From Nageia nagi (lineage: Eukaryota > Plantae > Pinophyta): 64,000 nt of DNA. The notes under the pieces were generated by a model, which saw nothing but the letters and a program-made list of their open reading frames with translations, ran no database searches and was not told where the DNA came from. Numbering within the stretch: the first letter of the stretch is position 1; every line of letters starts with the position of its first letter. This document shows, one piece after another, positions 23,982-36,994 of this stretch. The DNA lies in the NCBI GenBank assembly GCA_050084985.1, contig JBITNC010000001.1, positions 198,524,001-198,588,000 on the forward strand, written 5' to 3'. The translations under genes and the position numbers were made by a program.

Positions 23982-26900
23982 CTAGGCGGTTGGTGGGCCC
24001 AACGCCTCTACACGTCCTTCAAAATCATCATCCAGGAATCTAGCTGTGAGCTCCAATCCATGTAACATCTCTGATAGCTTCAGCCCATTCTTCAACATGT
24101 TGCGCTTTACCTTGTCCACGATCCTCCTCATGTCTTTCTCCCATGCATGAGCTTTGAGCAAATGCTCCAAGTGACTACTTATCTGCAAGGTATTAATATT
24201 CTTCAGTCATAATCAGACTGTCAAGGAAGTGTCTCACTTCCACCACCACAAGGTCTTTGTCACAGATGCCCGCATCATCCTTAAGGAACTTCACCTGGAA
24301 CTCCATTTGCTCAAGACAAGTGTTTGCCTTGTTGTTGAGCTTTTGAACATCCTTTTGCATCTACTGGAATCAGATAGTTATTTGCTTAACTACACCCAAA
24401 TATAACTACTATTCTTCACAAAACTTTATATCTTCCGATTCCCAATTCCGTGTCATCTCAAACTGCATAATTATGGGCCATCTAGAATCCAAGATCCTAA
24501 GAAAATTGATCCTCTCCACGATGATATCCTTGAACTTTTGCTTCTCGAATGCTATCCTCTCTAATGCTCCAAGGAACTGTCGCACTGCTACCAAGGCCAC
24601 ATCTACATGCTTTTGTTTCACTGCAATCATACCCTCCTTAAGTGGCTTGATTTTTCGGAGCTCTTCAGTAGGTACCTTAGCCGATTCTAATTCTTTGGTC
24701 AACTTCCTTTGTGCAGCTCACTCCTTCTTGAGGCCTTTGATCTCCTTATCTTTCATCATACCATCTTTGGTAATGGCCTCAGCGTTGGAGATGATTGCAT
24801 GTTTCCGACCACCCAAACCAATCGGACTTATGTTGATGATCTGGTTAATCCATCTGAGGTCTTCAGGGCGTTGTGGATTTTCCTTATCAGCTATAATGGT
24901 CTTAATATGTATGGCATTATCAGCTAAGTGTACATATGTCTGGGTCTTCCCTGGGCGAGTGGAGCTTTCTCCAATCTTGTTGTTCTTCTCTTCCACCCCA
25001 AATTCTTTCCCAACATCCATATTAAACACATCTAAACACTCCACCATATTGACACCCCACTCATTCCTGGGTGATGGCTGATAAGTCTCCACAACCGCCT
25101 TTGGAATAGTAACAACATTTTTCTTCATTTTCTTCGAGGGTCTCTCTTCTCTTTGCTCAACATGATCACTTGAAGTTCCTGTAGCTTGTGACTGTCGGGT
25201 TCTCTTTAATCGGGCCCTCTTCTGCATTGGCTTAGATACTGGCTCCTTGTCCTTCTCAGTAGATGGCTCTGTCGCTGTTGTCTTATAAATTTCTGCCAAT
25301 ATCTCTACAGATTCATCTTGTTGTGCATCAGAATTTTCCTCATCCTGAACTGCGTTCTCTTCCTGTTCCTCTTTTGACGCTTCAACCTCCCCTTCCTCTT
25401 GATTTTCATCAAGCTTATACAAGGGGCTGGAGGTTGACGATCCGGATGGTGGAACAACTGGTGACTTCACAATCATCGTGGTTCTAGGTGGTCTCGAAGA
25501 TGGAGAGGGATCTTTGTGTCTATTTCTCACCCACCTCACCACTTTGTTTGTAGCTACTCGCTCTAGCTCCCTTGCATCATGCTCATCCATGGTGGATTGC
25601 ACTTGTTGCACAACTTGTTCAACTGGCCTTTTGCCATGCATTGACGCATACTCGCCAACTAATGTCTCACCGACTGGAGAGAACTGCATAACCTTGGAAG
25701 TAGACTCTTGAGGTTTTTTGCCCTTATGCTACAAGAGTCTTTTACTGATGGTAGCTTCAACACGGTGCTGCTGATTATTTGCATCCTTGTGTACCCTTTC
25801 TCTTACCTTCCTTATTTCTATCTCATTGCTGATATTCCGAAAAGGCTCCTCATCTACTAGTGACTTATGCTCATAAGCTTTCTTCCTTTCCTTCATGAAG
25901 AACGAGTGCATTCTATGATTTGGATCATAATGGTCGGTAATAGGCATTTTCTTGAAATTGAATTTTGCCAACTCTTCCTTCATGGTGTCTACATCCGTCT
26001 AGAACTTACATTGGTACTCTCCTACAGCAATCGGCAAATTCAAAGTGGCCGATTTCTTCTGCCATACTTGGTCGTGTAGAAAGGCCAATTGCCTCATCAT
26101 CTCCATTAATAGCACCCTGTTACTCACAAACCTAGGCAATTGATAGGGTTGGACGGTTGATCCATGTATACGAATATAAGAGAAGTGTTGGTGATGGAGG
26201 AAGAAGTCTCCATGCTTCTTCAAAGCATCTTGGGCTACATTTGAAATTTGGGCAACCGTGATCTCTCCCTTGAGCTCTTTTATATATCTCATACTCCCAT
26301 CCATTGTTCTTCATCATGAAACTATCTCATCTTCTCTCTAATTTCCATTTGGGATAGCATTTCCAAATAGAGTAAGTTCCTCTTTCTATCCATGTCGTCT
26401 CCCCCCTACGCTGTAGCTCTATACTTGCCATGAAGTAACATGTATACCAAGTATGAATTGAGATAGAATTTGTGAGTGGTACTTATGGAGGACAATTGGT
26501 CTGCTATGGTATCACTCACCACCTTGCTCCACCTGATCCTTCTGCCCCTAGCAATTTCCAGAATGAACCCAAAGAAGTCCTTCCTGAAATTTGAAGCGTC
26601 TTCTTTCCCGAGAACTCTAGATAGCAAGAGTATGTCAGCTCAACTGGGGGATAGAAATTGGAACAAGGAGCATTGATGAGTGCATTTCCCTTCAATCCGT
26701 GATGCTCCTCCAACATCCAACTCTTGATAGCGACGGTTGCCCTAGAGGTTTCCTGGTAACAAGCTAATGATCTAGCCTCACTATACTCGACTTCTCCTTT
26801 AGAGGTCCATTGAAATGCTACTTTGATGGTGTCTGGGCTAAAGTCCATTATGATGTCTCCTTTGATATCTCAAAGGACTCTCCCCCCTTTCTGCCAATGG

Positions 26901-27210
26901 TGGCCGACCTCCATGCACAATTCATGAAATGGGGCTGTGAATGGGTCTAATGTGCAAGTGGAGATTCTAGAGAAGAAGACAATATCTTGCTTCAAGTCAG
27001 TGATAGGAAGACCATAAGTGCCCTACCTCATCTGCGTAGGGTCAACATTTTTCCAATCTGTATCTCCGATAGTTGCAAAACCATTTCTCGAGAATTTAGC
27101 CCCTTTGAGAAGGGCTTGTTGCCTCTCACAAATAGAGATGACACAATCTTGTTTCAACCGCTCAAGATCCCTAACGAAGTCCGAAGCTGAATTACCCTTG
27201 GAGGGGTCAT
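23982..27210 (-). pseudogene. Decayed ~1,075-codon ORF homologous to 3254-6711
   Basis: IGDTDWKNVD, MDFSPDTI, GRRIRWSKVVSD, FYLNSYLVYMLLH, HGDFF..FSYIRIHGS..PYQLPRFVSNRVLLMEMMRQL and HYDP motifs, then an acidic linker and coiled-coil-like tail. TATA (GGCTATAAATAC, minus) at ~27430-27441. Confidence 0.8.
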
Positions 27211-27579
27211 GGTGATCTTGCTTGCAAAGTTGCACTTCAAGGGTTGTGCGTGAGTGTCCAAGTGAAGAAAATGCCCATGTGATGATAGCTAGCCCCCAAG
27301 TGCTTGTGCAAGCCTTAGGATGCACGAATGATGATATTTAAGCACAAAAATCTGCAATTTGCTGCTATTTTGGCACAAGGATAGAAGAGGAGCAAGTTTT
27401 GAATTTGAGAAAATGAAGTCCTCAAACTTGTATTTATAGCCCACTTGGCTTCTAGCTTGCCCTAGTCGACTAAGGTTACTGACAGAACTCATCATAGCCT
27501 TCCACTTGGTCGACCTCGAGATGTGTGCCAACCCAGAAACTCATGCAAAGCCGCCTGTGCCTAAATTTTTGGGTTTTAA

Positions 27580-28540
27580 TGCTCAACCTAGTTTGGCGCA
27601 TGGATAAAAAAGGCAAAAAAGTGGCTTTTGAACCATGCGCCAGTCCTAGGAGTGTGTATGCTTCCATCGTTGGGTCTCCTGCCTTCATGTTTGCTTGCCT
27701 TGATCACTTAACTCACCCAGTAACCTAATTTTGGGTCTTCTGGTTGGCTGGAGTTATCAATTTTGATGTTTCATTTCAACCTAGGCAACCTGTGGGCTTG
27801 GCGCATGCTTCCAAAAATCAAGTTTGTGACTTTTTGAGGCATACGCTAGTTTTGCCTGTCCATCCAACCTGGTCACATGGTTCAAAAAGACAAGATTGTC
27901 TTTTTGAAGCATGTGCCAACCTCCACTTGGCCTATTCTTCTAAATTTGGTCTTCAAGTGCTCATGCCTTAGCCAAATTTTTGCCTTCGTTGGATTTTGGA
28001 GGCTTCCTAGGCTTGGCGCATGCCTCAAAAAATCAAGAATTTGTCTTTTGAGATCATGTACCAGCCCCTCTAGGTATGCCTGAGTTGGTCTTGAGTTTCC
28101 TGGGTCCGGGACTTGCCAAATTTTCCCGCTTTGCTTGAACTAGCAACCTTTCTAGGCTTGGCGCATGGTTCAAAAAGACAAGATTTCGTCCTTTTGAAGC
28201 ATGCGCTAGCCTCCTAAGTGACTCATGTTCATTTTCCGACCTCTGAACTTGCTCAACTTGCCTTCCTGGCTAAGTCCCATGGTTGAAAAAGACAAGATTG
28301 TCTTTTGAAACCATGTGCCAGCCTTGTAGTGCCTTTGCCTTGGGTTTTTCGTGCTTACTTTTTCTGCATTCCGCTCCCTATGTTTGGTGCATGCCTAAGA
28401 AAGAAAAAATTTTGTCTCCTGGAGGCATGCACTGGGCTTGCAAGTGCCCAGATTCCGTTCTTGAGCCTTCCCTCGACCCCCAGGCCTAGTCACATGATTC
28501 AAAAAGACAAGATTTTATCTTTTGAAAGCATGTGCCAGCT
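27580..28540. repeat. Array of ~8 imperfect 42-bp palindromes (CACATGGTTCAAAAAGACAA-GA-TTGTCTTTTTGAAGCATGTG)
   Basis: Best copy is 27874-27915 with 19/20 complementary arm bases. Related copies at ~27595, 27800, 28015, 28160, 28277, 28387 and 28490. Confidence 0.85.
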
Positions 28541-30498
28541 CTTGGAGATGCCCAGTTTGCTTTGATCGGGTTCCGACTCTTCCTAGACTCCCTATTTCAC
28601 CTAAGATCGACTTTTACACTTCTCAGATTCAGCCATTTTTAGTGATTTTGAAATTCTTATCTTGACATGACTAACCCTAGATGAAGGAAAAGGCTTGAAC
28701 TATAAGGTGTTGTTTGTGAATCTGTGTCTTTGGGATGCAACTTGGGTGGGACTAATGATGACAAAACGAAGTATATACATTGGTGTATTGAGGGTCTCCA
28801 AAATCGTAGGATTTTGGGGGATGTTGTGTTTCAATCACAACAAGTTCAACTTGATGATGATAAGATTGTGTTGTCATTGCTTAAGGACAAGAAATTTTAG
28901 GAGGGGTGGTATTGTAATGTTCCCAATTTTGAGAAACCTTGTTGAAGGCATAACTTTCGACACAATCCAGGGATCGCTGATTTGTCTTCTAGAATGAATA
29001 GAGAATCTCATGCCAATTGTTTTGACAGGTCACATGACATGGTTCCGTCAAGAAACAAAGAAGATATGGAATTTTGAAGATTCATCCCGGAGCTAGTTTC
29101 CTACTATCGTTCGCACAGGACCCAGTTTATTAATATTGTATTTAATGTCATTTGTGACACTTATAATTAATATTTTGGCCCTATGAGGGGTATTAGGAGT
29201 GAATTATATTTAGATTAGGAGTCTTTGTTATTTTATAATAAAAGTGGGCAATGTTTTGTAATAAGGAAATATATTATTCCTTAATTGCCCAACGTTTAGC
29301 TTACGAGGAGTCATTTGTCAATTAAGAGTTATTTATATTTCTAGGTTGGGTCGGCCAACCACAAATTAGAATTGGACTTCTATAAATAGGAAGTGACCAC
29401 CTCATTTGAAAACATCATCTTGTGCATTCGATCTTGGATCATTCGGAGCTTAGGGATGCTCCCCTTCTTTACCTTCTAGGGATTAGGGCTACTCCCTAGC
29501 CTAGAAGTGGCCCATCTACACTTCTACATCTCTTGGAGAGCTCGCGCCTAACATTCTTGCCACTTGAGAGCTTGCGCCAACCATTGGAAGACATCTTGAT
29601 ACTTGCGCCTAGCTTCGGATCCTTCTTGGGACATGCACCAGCCTTAAGGAGTCTAGTTTGAGCATTTTGGAGTCTTGGGCTTTGCCCTAGAACTTGTTAC
29701 AGCCCTACACTTATTCTTGGTTGATTATTGATGATATTGGCTATCATATAGCATCTCGATTGTGAATGAATGTTCCTATATATTTCTACTGTGTTTATCT
29801 TCTTTATGCGTGGGAATGTATGCTAATTGAGTACTTTGGAGCTATATTTCTGTTACGTAACAGATCTTATTTGTGCCCTAGTTTGGATCTTGTTCACATG
29901 TTATAAGCACTATATATGATTTGGCTACCGTTGTTATATTCCAGTTTTGAGCGCATGTTTGGATGGTTAACGAGCATGTTCATTGATGCCCTAATTTATG
30001 AATGAATGGGGAATTGAATGCTAAATTGAATAAACCCTAGAAAGGAACATTACACATAATATGTTGGGAAATCTCAGTACACATTCCCAAGTTTAAATAC
30101 TAAAAGCTTAAAGGGTAAAATGTTTTCAAAGGATATTAATTTTAAGTTTTTAACCTACGGTTTTAACTTTCGTGACTGGAAAACAATTTAACTTACCTTG
30201 AAATCGAACTTTGGATTATTGTTGTGTTAGAAATATAATCCTTACGATTATAGTATTAGTATTAATTATTTTAAATAGCAAATTCATAGCTATGTGTCAT
30301 AGCGATTTTAGGAGTTACATTAAAGAGAACATGAATAGTCTTTAAGAGTAGCTAAATGGACACCTTTGGAAGGTGAATCCATAACATAACATCTTTCATG
30401 TATATATTCCCTTTTTGAATTCAACGCACAACTTTTTGCTTAGAGTTACATGTTGGGCCTGACATTTGTATTAGAGTCAAGTTCATTTTTACCCTAAC

Positions 30499-33400
30499 TG
30501 TGATGTCCCCTTTAGCAAATTGTAATTAATTATGGAATCCCATGGATTCCCCTTTGTATATATTTATTTATTTAATTAAGCTTTAGTTGTTATTACTTGG
30601 GATAGAAGATATAAAGGTCCGTTGGACCTCACTGTGAGCCCCAAGTGGGACGTCTTCCTCCCAAACATAGGCTAGTGTGATTTAAAACAGTTTTATGTAC
30701 TTGGAGATCCCAAGAAGTGATCATGGGAATCCCAAGGCTTATTTAGCACTTAGATGACACTAGAGCACAGATAAACACCTATTTTCCCTGACGTTGGATT
30801 TGGGATCACTTGTTAACATGTGCCAACCTTGGGAGACTCCTAGACCTCCACATTGGACCATGACACCCACATATGCCTTCTAGACACCCACGCATGTCTT
30901 CTAAACCCACGCATGCCCTCTAGACCCACGTTGAGCATGAGGACCCATGTGGAGCATGAGAAAGGCCCAGATACCCACGTTGGGCTTGGATTGACCCCTA
31001 GGCACCTTCGTTGGGGTTGTGGGGTTTCTAGGAAGCCAAAGTTGGAACATGAAGGCTGGGTGATGACTTTGAGGTGAGATCCAAATCCACTTTGAGCTAT
31101 ATTAGGGCTTAGAGCATCATTGTTGGACATAACCAATTATCATTATTACTCATACCATCCAGTGGACACAACTCTTGGCAGCATCAAGCAACATCCTTAG
31201 GTGCAACATCTAGGAGGGTTAGCAGGCTGAGGGATCCTATTGATCTACGGCTAAGGTGTAGCATCTTAGTCCATCCGGTGGTATTCCGAGGTCACATTCC
31301 TATCTTCAGTGGTTTCCAGGTGTGGGATTTCTGCAACAGAGCATCCATGCTTGAGGGAGTGACGTCCCGTCCATTGTTCTGTAGTTCCAGCATTAATCAC
31401 ATTTTTCCAATCGTTGTGCCCTAGTTGGCTCCTGGGAGGCCAACATTGAGCCCTGGGGGCCTAGTAGTGTATCATTTATCATTGTACATCATTAATACAT
31501 CCGTTGGGCATTTGGATCTCAATATTGTCTTGTGTATTTGTCCATTCTTGCAACATTGAGGTGTGGTTGTTTATTTATGCATGTATAAGCCAGATGTTGG
31601 CATTATGAGGTAGTTTATGCTTGTAATTACACTTCTAGGCCAGATGTGGGTGTTTGCTTGGTTGAAATTGCTTATTTGCACTTGAGTTTGTGATTGGGAA
31701 CTTACAGTGGTATCAAAGCTGAAGATCTTGTTGCTTGAGGAAATGGAAGCCAGATCTACAGCCAAAGTAAAGAAGTCCAAATTCGAAAGAGTGGTTTTCC
31801 GTCAGCTTCTTCAAAAATTTAAAGACAACAAGATCCCTTCGAAGGAAAGAGAAAGGCTCTTGTGGTTTTTGGGCGAACGGCATGAGGATAAGATGTGCAA
31901 GAAGAGAGGGTAGATGTGGGAGTCTAGATCTATTCAGTCCACACAAGACTCCACCAAAAATTGAAATTTTTCTCTAAATCTACCAAGGAACCAACAATGA
32001 GTTCTAAAGAGATATCACCTTCCAACTATATCAAGATCTTCTAGGTTACGGAGTGGTGGCATGGAGAAAATCCAACGTTGGAGGGGGAGAGCCAGCCAGG
32101 ACCCCAACGTCTGTATTTGGACCACCACGAGGAGTTAGAGACTTAGCTACTCTGTTGGATCTGAAGAAGAGGGGTGGGCGAAAGCTGTCACTCAAATGCG
32201 GAGCTTCTTGTAGCAGATTGGAGGCCATTACTCAGATTGTGTTGGCTAAAAAGATGAGTTCCATCGTCTGAAAGGAGAGAGTGGGGCTGCATCTTTACCC
32301 TAGCCAAGGGAGGCCCCACGTTGCATTCTAGGGACACAAAAGCGTAGCCGGCAGAGGTCCAACGTATCTTGGATAGATACCCAAATGTTTTTGGGGATAT
32401 GCCGAAAGGGCTGCCACCCTCTAGAAGATTTGAGCACACCATTGAGTTGGAGTCAGGAGCTAAGCCAATCATGATCACTCCCTACCGGCATCCGAAGGTC
32501 CACAAGGATGAGATTGAGAAGACCATTAAGAAGCTATTGGACGTGGGGTTCATACAGCCAAGCTCTAGTCCCTTTGCCTCTTCGGTAGTGCCGGTAAAGA
32601 AGGATGGGACCATGCAGATGTGCATTGACTACCGTCTGCTCAATAAAAAGACCATCAAAAACAAGTATCCCATTCCTAGAGTAGATCCCATTGATGAATT
32701 GCATGATGCTAAGTACTTCTCAAAAATTGATTTGAGATCTGGATATCATCAAAATAAGGATGAAGAAGGATATCCACAAGACTGCATTTAGATGTCATTA
32801 TGGTCACTTTGAGTTTTTGTTGATGTCATTTGGATTGACTAATGAACCAACCATTTTCCAATCAGCCATGAATCAACTTTTCAGAGAGTAGCTAAGGAAG
32901 TCTGTGCTTGTCTTCTTTGATGACATCTTGGTGTATAGCAAAACATGGGAGGAGCACCTCCAACAATTGGATCATGTTTTGAGCACACTACAGGAGCAAA
33001 ATTTCTATGCCAAGTAATCCAAATGTGAGTTTGGCATGACTTAAATTTTGTACTTAGATCATGTGATCAGCCATGAGGGAGTTAGAGTGGATGAGAAGAA
33101 GATTGCAGCTATCCAGGATTGGCCGGTGCCTACCACTTTGATGCAGCTAAGAGGGCTTTTGGGATTATGCAACTACTACAAAATGTTCATATGTGGCTTC
33201 TCACACTTGGTGTCCCCTTAACGCAGTTGACCAAGAAAGATGCATTTGTATGGGGTGACAGTGCTCAAGAGGCCTTTGAGACACTCAAGAAGGTTATGTG
33301 TTCTTGTCCTTGCTTGGCTATTCCTGATTTTTCAGTCCCTTTTACGGTTGAGTGTGATGCATCTAAGCTTGGTGTTGGAGTTGTACTCATGCAAAAAATG

Positions 33401-35901
33401 ACAACCACAAGGATTTGAAAGCAAGAAACTGACAAGTGCAAAACAAAATTTCAACGTGTATGATGAGGAGATGTTGGTCATCATGCATGCATTGGAGAGG
33501 TTTAAGCAATATCTAGTTTGTGGTCCATTCATCATCAAGAGTGATCGTAACAGCTTGAAATACTTTCTCAACCAATCAGATCTGAGTGAGAAACAACAAC
33601 TGTGGGTAAGTAAACTACAATCCTACGATTTTGAGATTCGGTATATTAAGGGAAAGAAGAATACAGCTGCTGATACATTGTCTAGGAACCCATCGTTTTA
33701 CCCTCTTTCCTCTATCACTGCTGATTGGAAAAAGACTATCATGGTTGAATATACTAAAGATGAATTTGCTCAAGGCATCCTGGATGGGACTGTAAGAAAT
33801 AAGAAATACACGGTTAGGGAAGGGCTGATTTTGAAAAGAAATAAAATATTCTTGACCCCTAATTCAAAAATGAAGAAAACGGTTCTCCATGCTTTGCACA
33901 ATATTCCCCTTGCAGGTCATCCAATTACAAAAACATATAAAGCAGCAAGGGAGGGGTTCACATGGAAAGGGCTGAAGCAAGACATTTTGAAACACATCTA
34001 GGAGTGTGTACAGTGCCAAGAAAACAAAGAAGAGAATGTAACCAACAAGGTTACTTCAGCCATTGCCCATTCCACAATAGAAGTGGGAAGACATCTCCAT
34101 GGATTTCATCACAAGTCTTCCAAAGGTGCAAGGTAAAGATCGTATCTTTGTGGTAGTAAATAGGCTCACTAAATTTGCCCATTTCTTTGCCATTACTATC
34201 ACATATACAACAGCACAGTTGGCTGATTTGTTCTTCAAAGAAATCTTCAAATTGCATTTGTTGCCAAGGAGGATTGTAAATGACAGGGACAACAAGTTCA
34301 TGAACATGTTTTGGCAAGAGCTGTTTCAATTAAGTGGCACCAATCTAACCCCAAGCCCTAGCTATCACCCCCAAACAAATGGGCAAACAAAAATCGTAAA
34401 TAGATGGGTGGAAGGATACTTGAGGCATTATGTGACAGGACGGCAGCTTGATGATGAGGGATAGTTGGTTTTGATTCCAGAAAAGGTGTTGGACACTCAG
34501 GTGAAGAAGTTGAGATCAAGGCAGATTCAAGAATACTTGATCAAATGGAAGGATTTGCCTGATGAAGACTCAACATGGGAAGGAGCATAGATACTAGCAC
34601 ATCCAGCATTGAATTGCTTGAAGGCAAGCAATCTTGAGAGGGTAGCCTTTGTGATGTCACCTTTAGCAAATTGTAATTAAATATGGAATCCCACGAATTC
34701 CCCTTTGTATATATTTATTTATTTAATTGCGCTTTAGTTGTTATTACTTCGGATAGAAGATATAAAGGTCTATTGGACCCCACTGTGAGCCCCAAGTGGG
34801 ACATCTTCCTCCCAAACATAGACTAGTGTGATTTAATACGATTTTATGTACATGGAGATCCCAAGAAGTGGTCATGGGAATCCCAAGGCTTATTTAGCAC
34901 TTAGATGACACTAGAGCACGGATAAACACCTATTTGCCCCAATGTTGGATTTGGGATCACTTGTACACATGCGCCAACCTAGGCCCCCACATTGGCCCGT
35001 GACACCCATGCATGCCTTCTAGACACCCACGCATGTCTTCTAAACCCACGCATGCCCTCTAGACCCACGTTGAGCATGAGGACCCATGTGGAGCATGAGA
35101 AAGGCCCAGATACCCACGTTGGGCTTGGATTGACCCCTAGGCACCTTCGTTGGGGTTTGTGGGGTTGCTAGGAAGCCAACGTTGGAACATGAAGGCTGGG
35201 TGATGACTTTGAGGTGAGATCCAAATCCACTGTGAGCTATATTAGGGCTTGGAGCATCATTGTTGGACATAACTAATTATCATTATTACTCATACCATCT
35301 AGTGGACACAACTCTTGGCACAGCATCAAGCAACATCCCTAGGTGCAACATTTAGGAGGGTTAGCAGGCTGAGGGATCCTATTGATCTACGACTATGGTG
35401 TAGCATCTTAGTCCATCCGGTGGTATTCCGAGGTCACATTCCTATCTTCAGTGGTTTCCAGGTGTGGGAGTTTTGCAACAGAGCATCCAAGCTTGAGGGA
35501 GTGAGGTTGTCCCGTCCATTGTTCCGTAGTTCCAGCATTGATCATATTTTTCCAATCGTTGTGCCCTAGTTGGCTCCTGGGAGGCCAACATTGAGCCCTG
35601 GGGGCCTAGTATTGTATCATTTATCATTGTACATCATTAATACATCCGTGGGGCATTTGGATATCAATATTGTCTTGTGTATTTGTCCATTATTGCAACA
35701 TTGAGGTGTGGTTGTTCATTTATGCATGTCTAAGCCAGAAGTTGGCATTATTGTATTGCTTAAGCTTAAATTGGATGCCCTAAACTTGACGTTGGCATTG
35801 TGAGGTAGTTTATGCTTGTAATTATACTTCTAGGCCAGACATGGGTGTTTGCTTGGTTGAAATTGCTTATTTGCACTTGAGTTCATGATTGGGATCTTAC
35901 A
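30499..35901 (+). mobile_element. Ty3/Gypsy chromovirus-type LTR retrotransposon lacking most of gag and protease, nested just 3' of the Copia PBS
   Basis: LTRs 30499-31706 and 34650-35901. PBS GTGGTATCAAAGC, PPT GAGAGGG and TSD CTAAC/CTAAT. Confidence 0.95.
32369..34649 (+). pseudogene. pol: Gypsy pol remnant: RT, RNase H, partial integrase, chromodomain
   Basis: [75 protein letters not shown] and EYLIKWKDLPDEDSTWE, with multiple stops and frameshifts. Confidence 0.95.
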
Positions 35902-36448
35902 CTAATTCCATGAAATCTTTGGCAAAACTCTATCCATTTTCATTTTCAAATTCGCTGCCTCCATTTTCTTGAAATTTGTGTTGTAAAATCCATTTCTATG
36001 CCCATTTGTAGTACCCATTATTCTCCTATTCATCTTCATATATTGGAAGTCATATTTTGAAGCTCTATGGTGGAAGATATCTACATTTGAAGATTCAACC
36101 TAATTGTAGGGTTTTTGAGTTTGGTTCATGGCATGTTCGTGGAATATTTTGTAATTTACTGTGTTTGGTGGAGAATATTAAGACTTTTTGGTTGCGCGCT
36201 CCTCTTGCCCTTTTTTGTTTTAGCGAACCCCTATGCGTGTTGCTCCTGCTCATGAATTCTATTGTGCATGTTGCTCTAGTGATGGACTCATCTAAGCCTT
36301 TTTGTTTTCAAGAATTGGATCCCACATATTAGAGTTTTTTTAATTGCGCATAGTGATTTGGATTACCCTGCATGTGCGTGGACCCGCACCTTATCACTCC
36401 ACTAGCCTGTTGTGTGGATTTCCCAAACTACACTAGCCTAGACTCTGT

Positions 36449-36608
36449 GGATGCCATCTCTTCTGTTCTTGGATATCAAAGTCCATGGATGCCATCTCTT
36501 TTGTTCTTGGACATCAAAGTACATGGAAGCCATCTCTTATGTTCTTGGACATCAAATGGATGCCATCTCTTATGTTCTTGGACATCAAATGGATGCCAAC
36601 TCTTTTGT
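36449..36608. repeat. 33/38-bp tandem repeat in the Copia 5' UTR
   Basis: GGATGCCATCTCTTNTGTTCTTGGACATCAAA unit, ~4.5 copies. Confidence 0.9.
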
Positions 36609-36994
36609 CTTTACCTATCTTGGAGCCCACATTAAAGATTTTTTATTGTGCATATAAGATTTGATTGTTTGCCTAACTATAGGACAAGCCAACTCAAGAT
36701 CAATCGCCCACCAACTTTGTACTATGTCAACAACCGCCCATCCAGTCAAACACCCAGTCACTTTCCTATTTAAGTAGTTGACTGCATAAGACAAAGAAGT
36801 GCCTTTTAAACTTTTTAAATTTTGAAGACATTTTTTATCATAACTTCCTCAATTCTACTCCATTTTGAGTGAAATGTTTTTCCAAAGATCCAGAATTTGA
36901 AGACTATTGTTTGAAACTAGTTTGAGGATGATGATGTTGAGAATTGATGAGTGTAATCTTGAAGAATTTTTGTAAAAAAATTGCAAGTTTGAAG

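Larger units (their letters stand above)
22861..28842 (-). mobile_element. 5,982-bp solo-LTR-like element with an internal ORF, inserted in the LARD
   Basis: Plus strand starts TGTTG (22861) and ends CACAACA (28842). TSD AGTTT/AGTTC. Removing it restores a continuous host 3' sequence (WEP*VTTEF|NLMMIRLCCHCLRTRNFRRGG). Termini match the 1408-8054 unit. Confidence 0.85.
17839..30054 (+). mobile_element. Non-autonomous LTR retrotransposon (LARD-like, Gypsy-derived) with 1.14-kb LTRs
   Basis: LTRs 17839-18981 and 28913-30054 (TGTAATG...ATTACA). Degenerate tRNA-Met PBS ATAGTATCAAAGC at 18982. PPT GGAGGGGTGG before 28913. TSD CAAAA/CATAA. No RT, RNase H or integrase motifs seen. Confidence 0.9.

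Noticed and set aside
24473-25081. 202-aa plus-strand ORF and many similar 60-140 aa ORFs
   Set aside because: Antisense shadows of TE coding regions or LTR sequence, with no independent motifs.
27580-28540. Palindromic repeats with variable spacers resembling a CRISPR array (also 405-995)
   Set aside because: Eukaryotic TE context, degenerate repeats, irregular and mutually similar spacers, and no cas genes.
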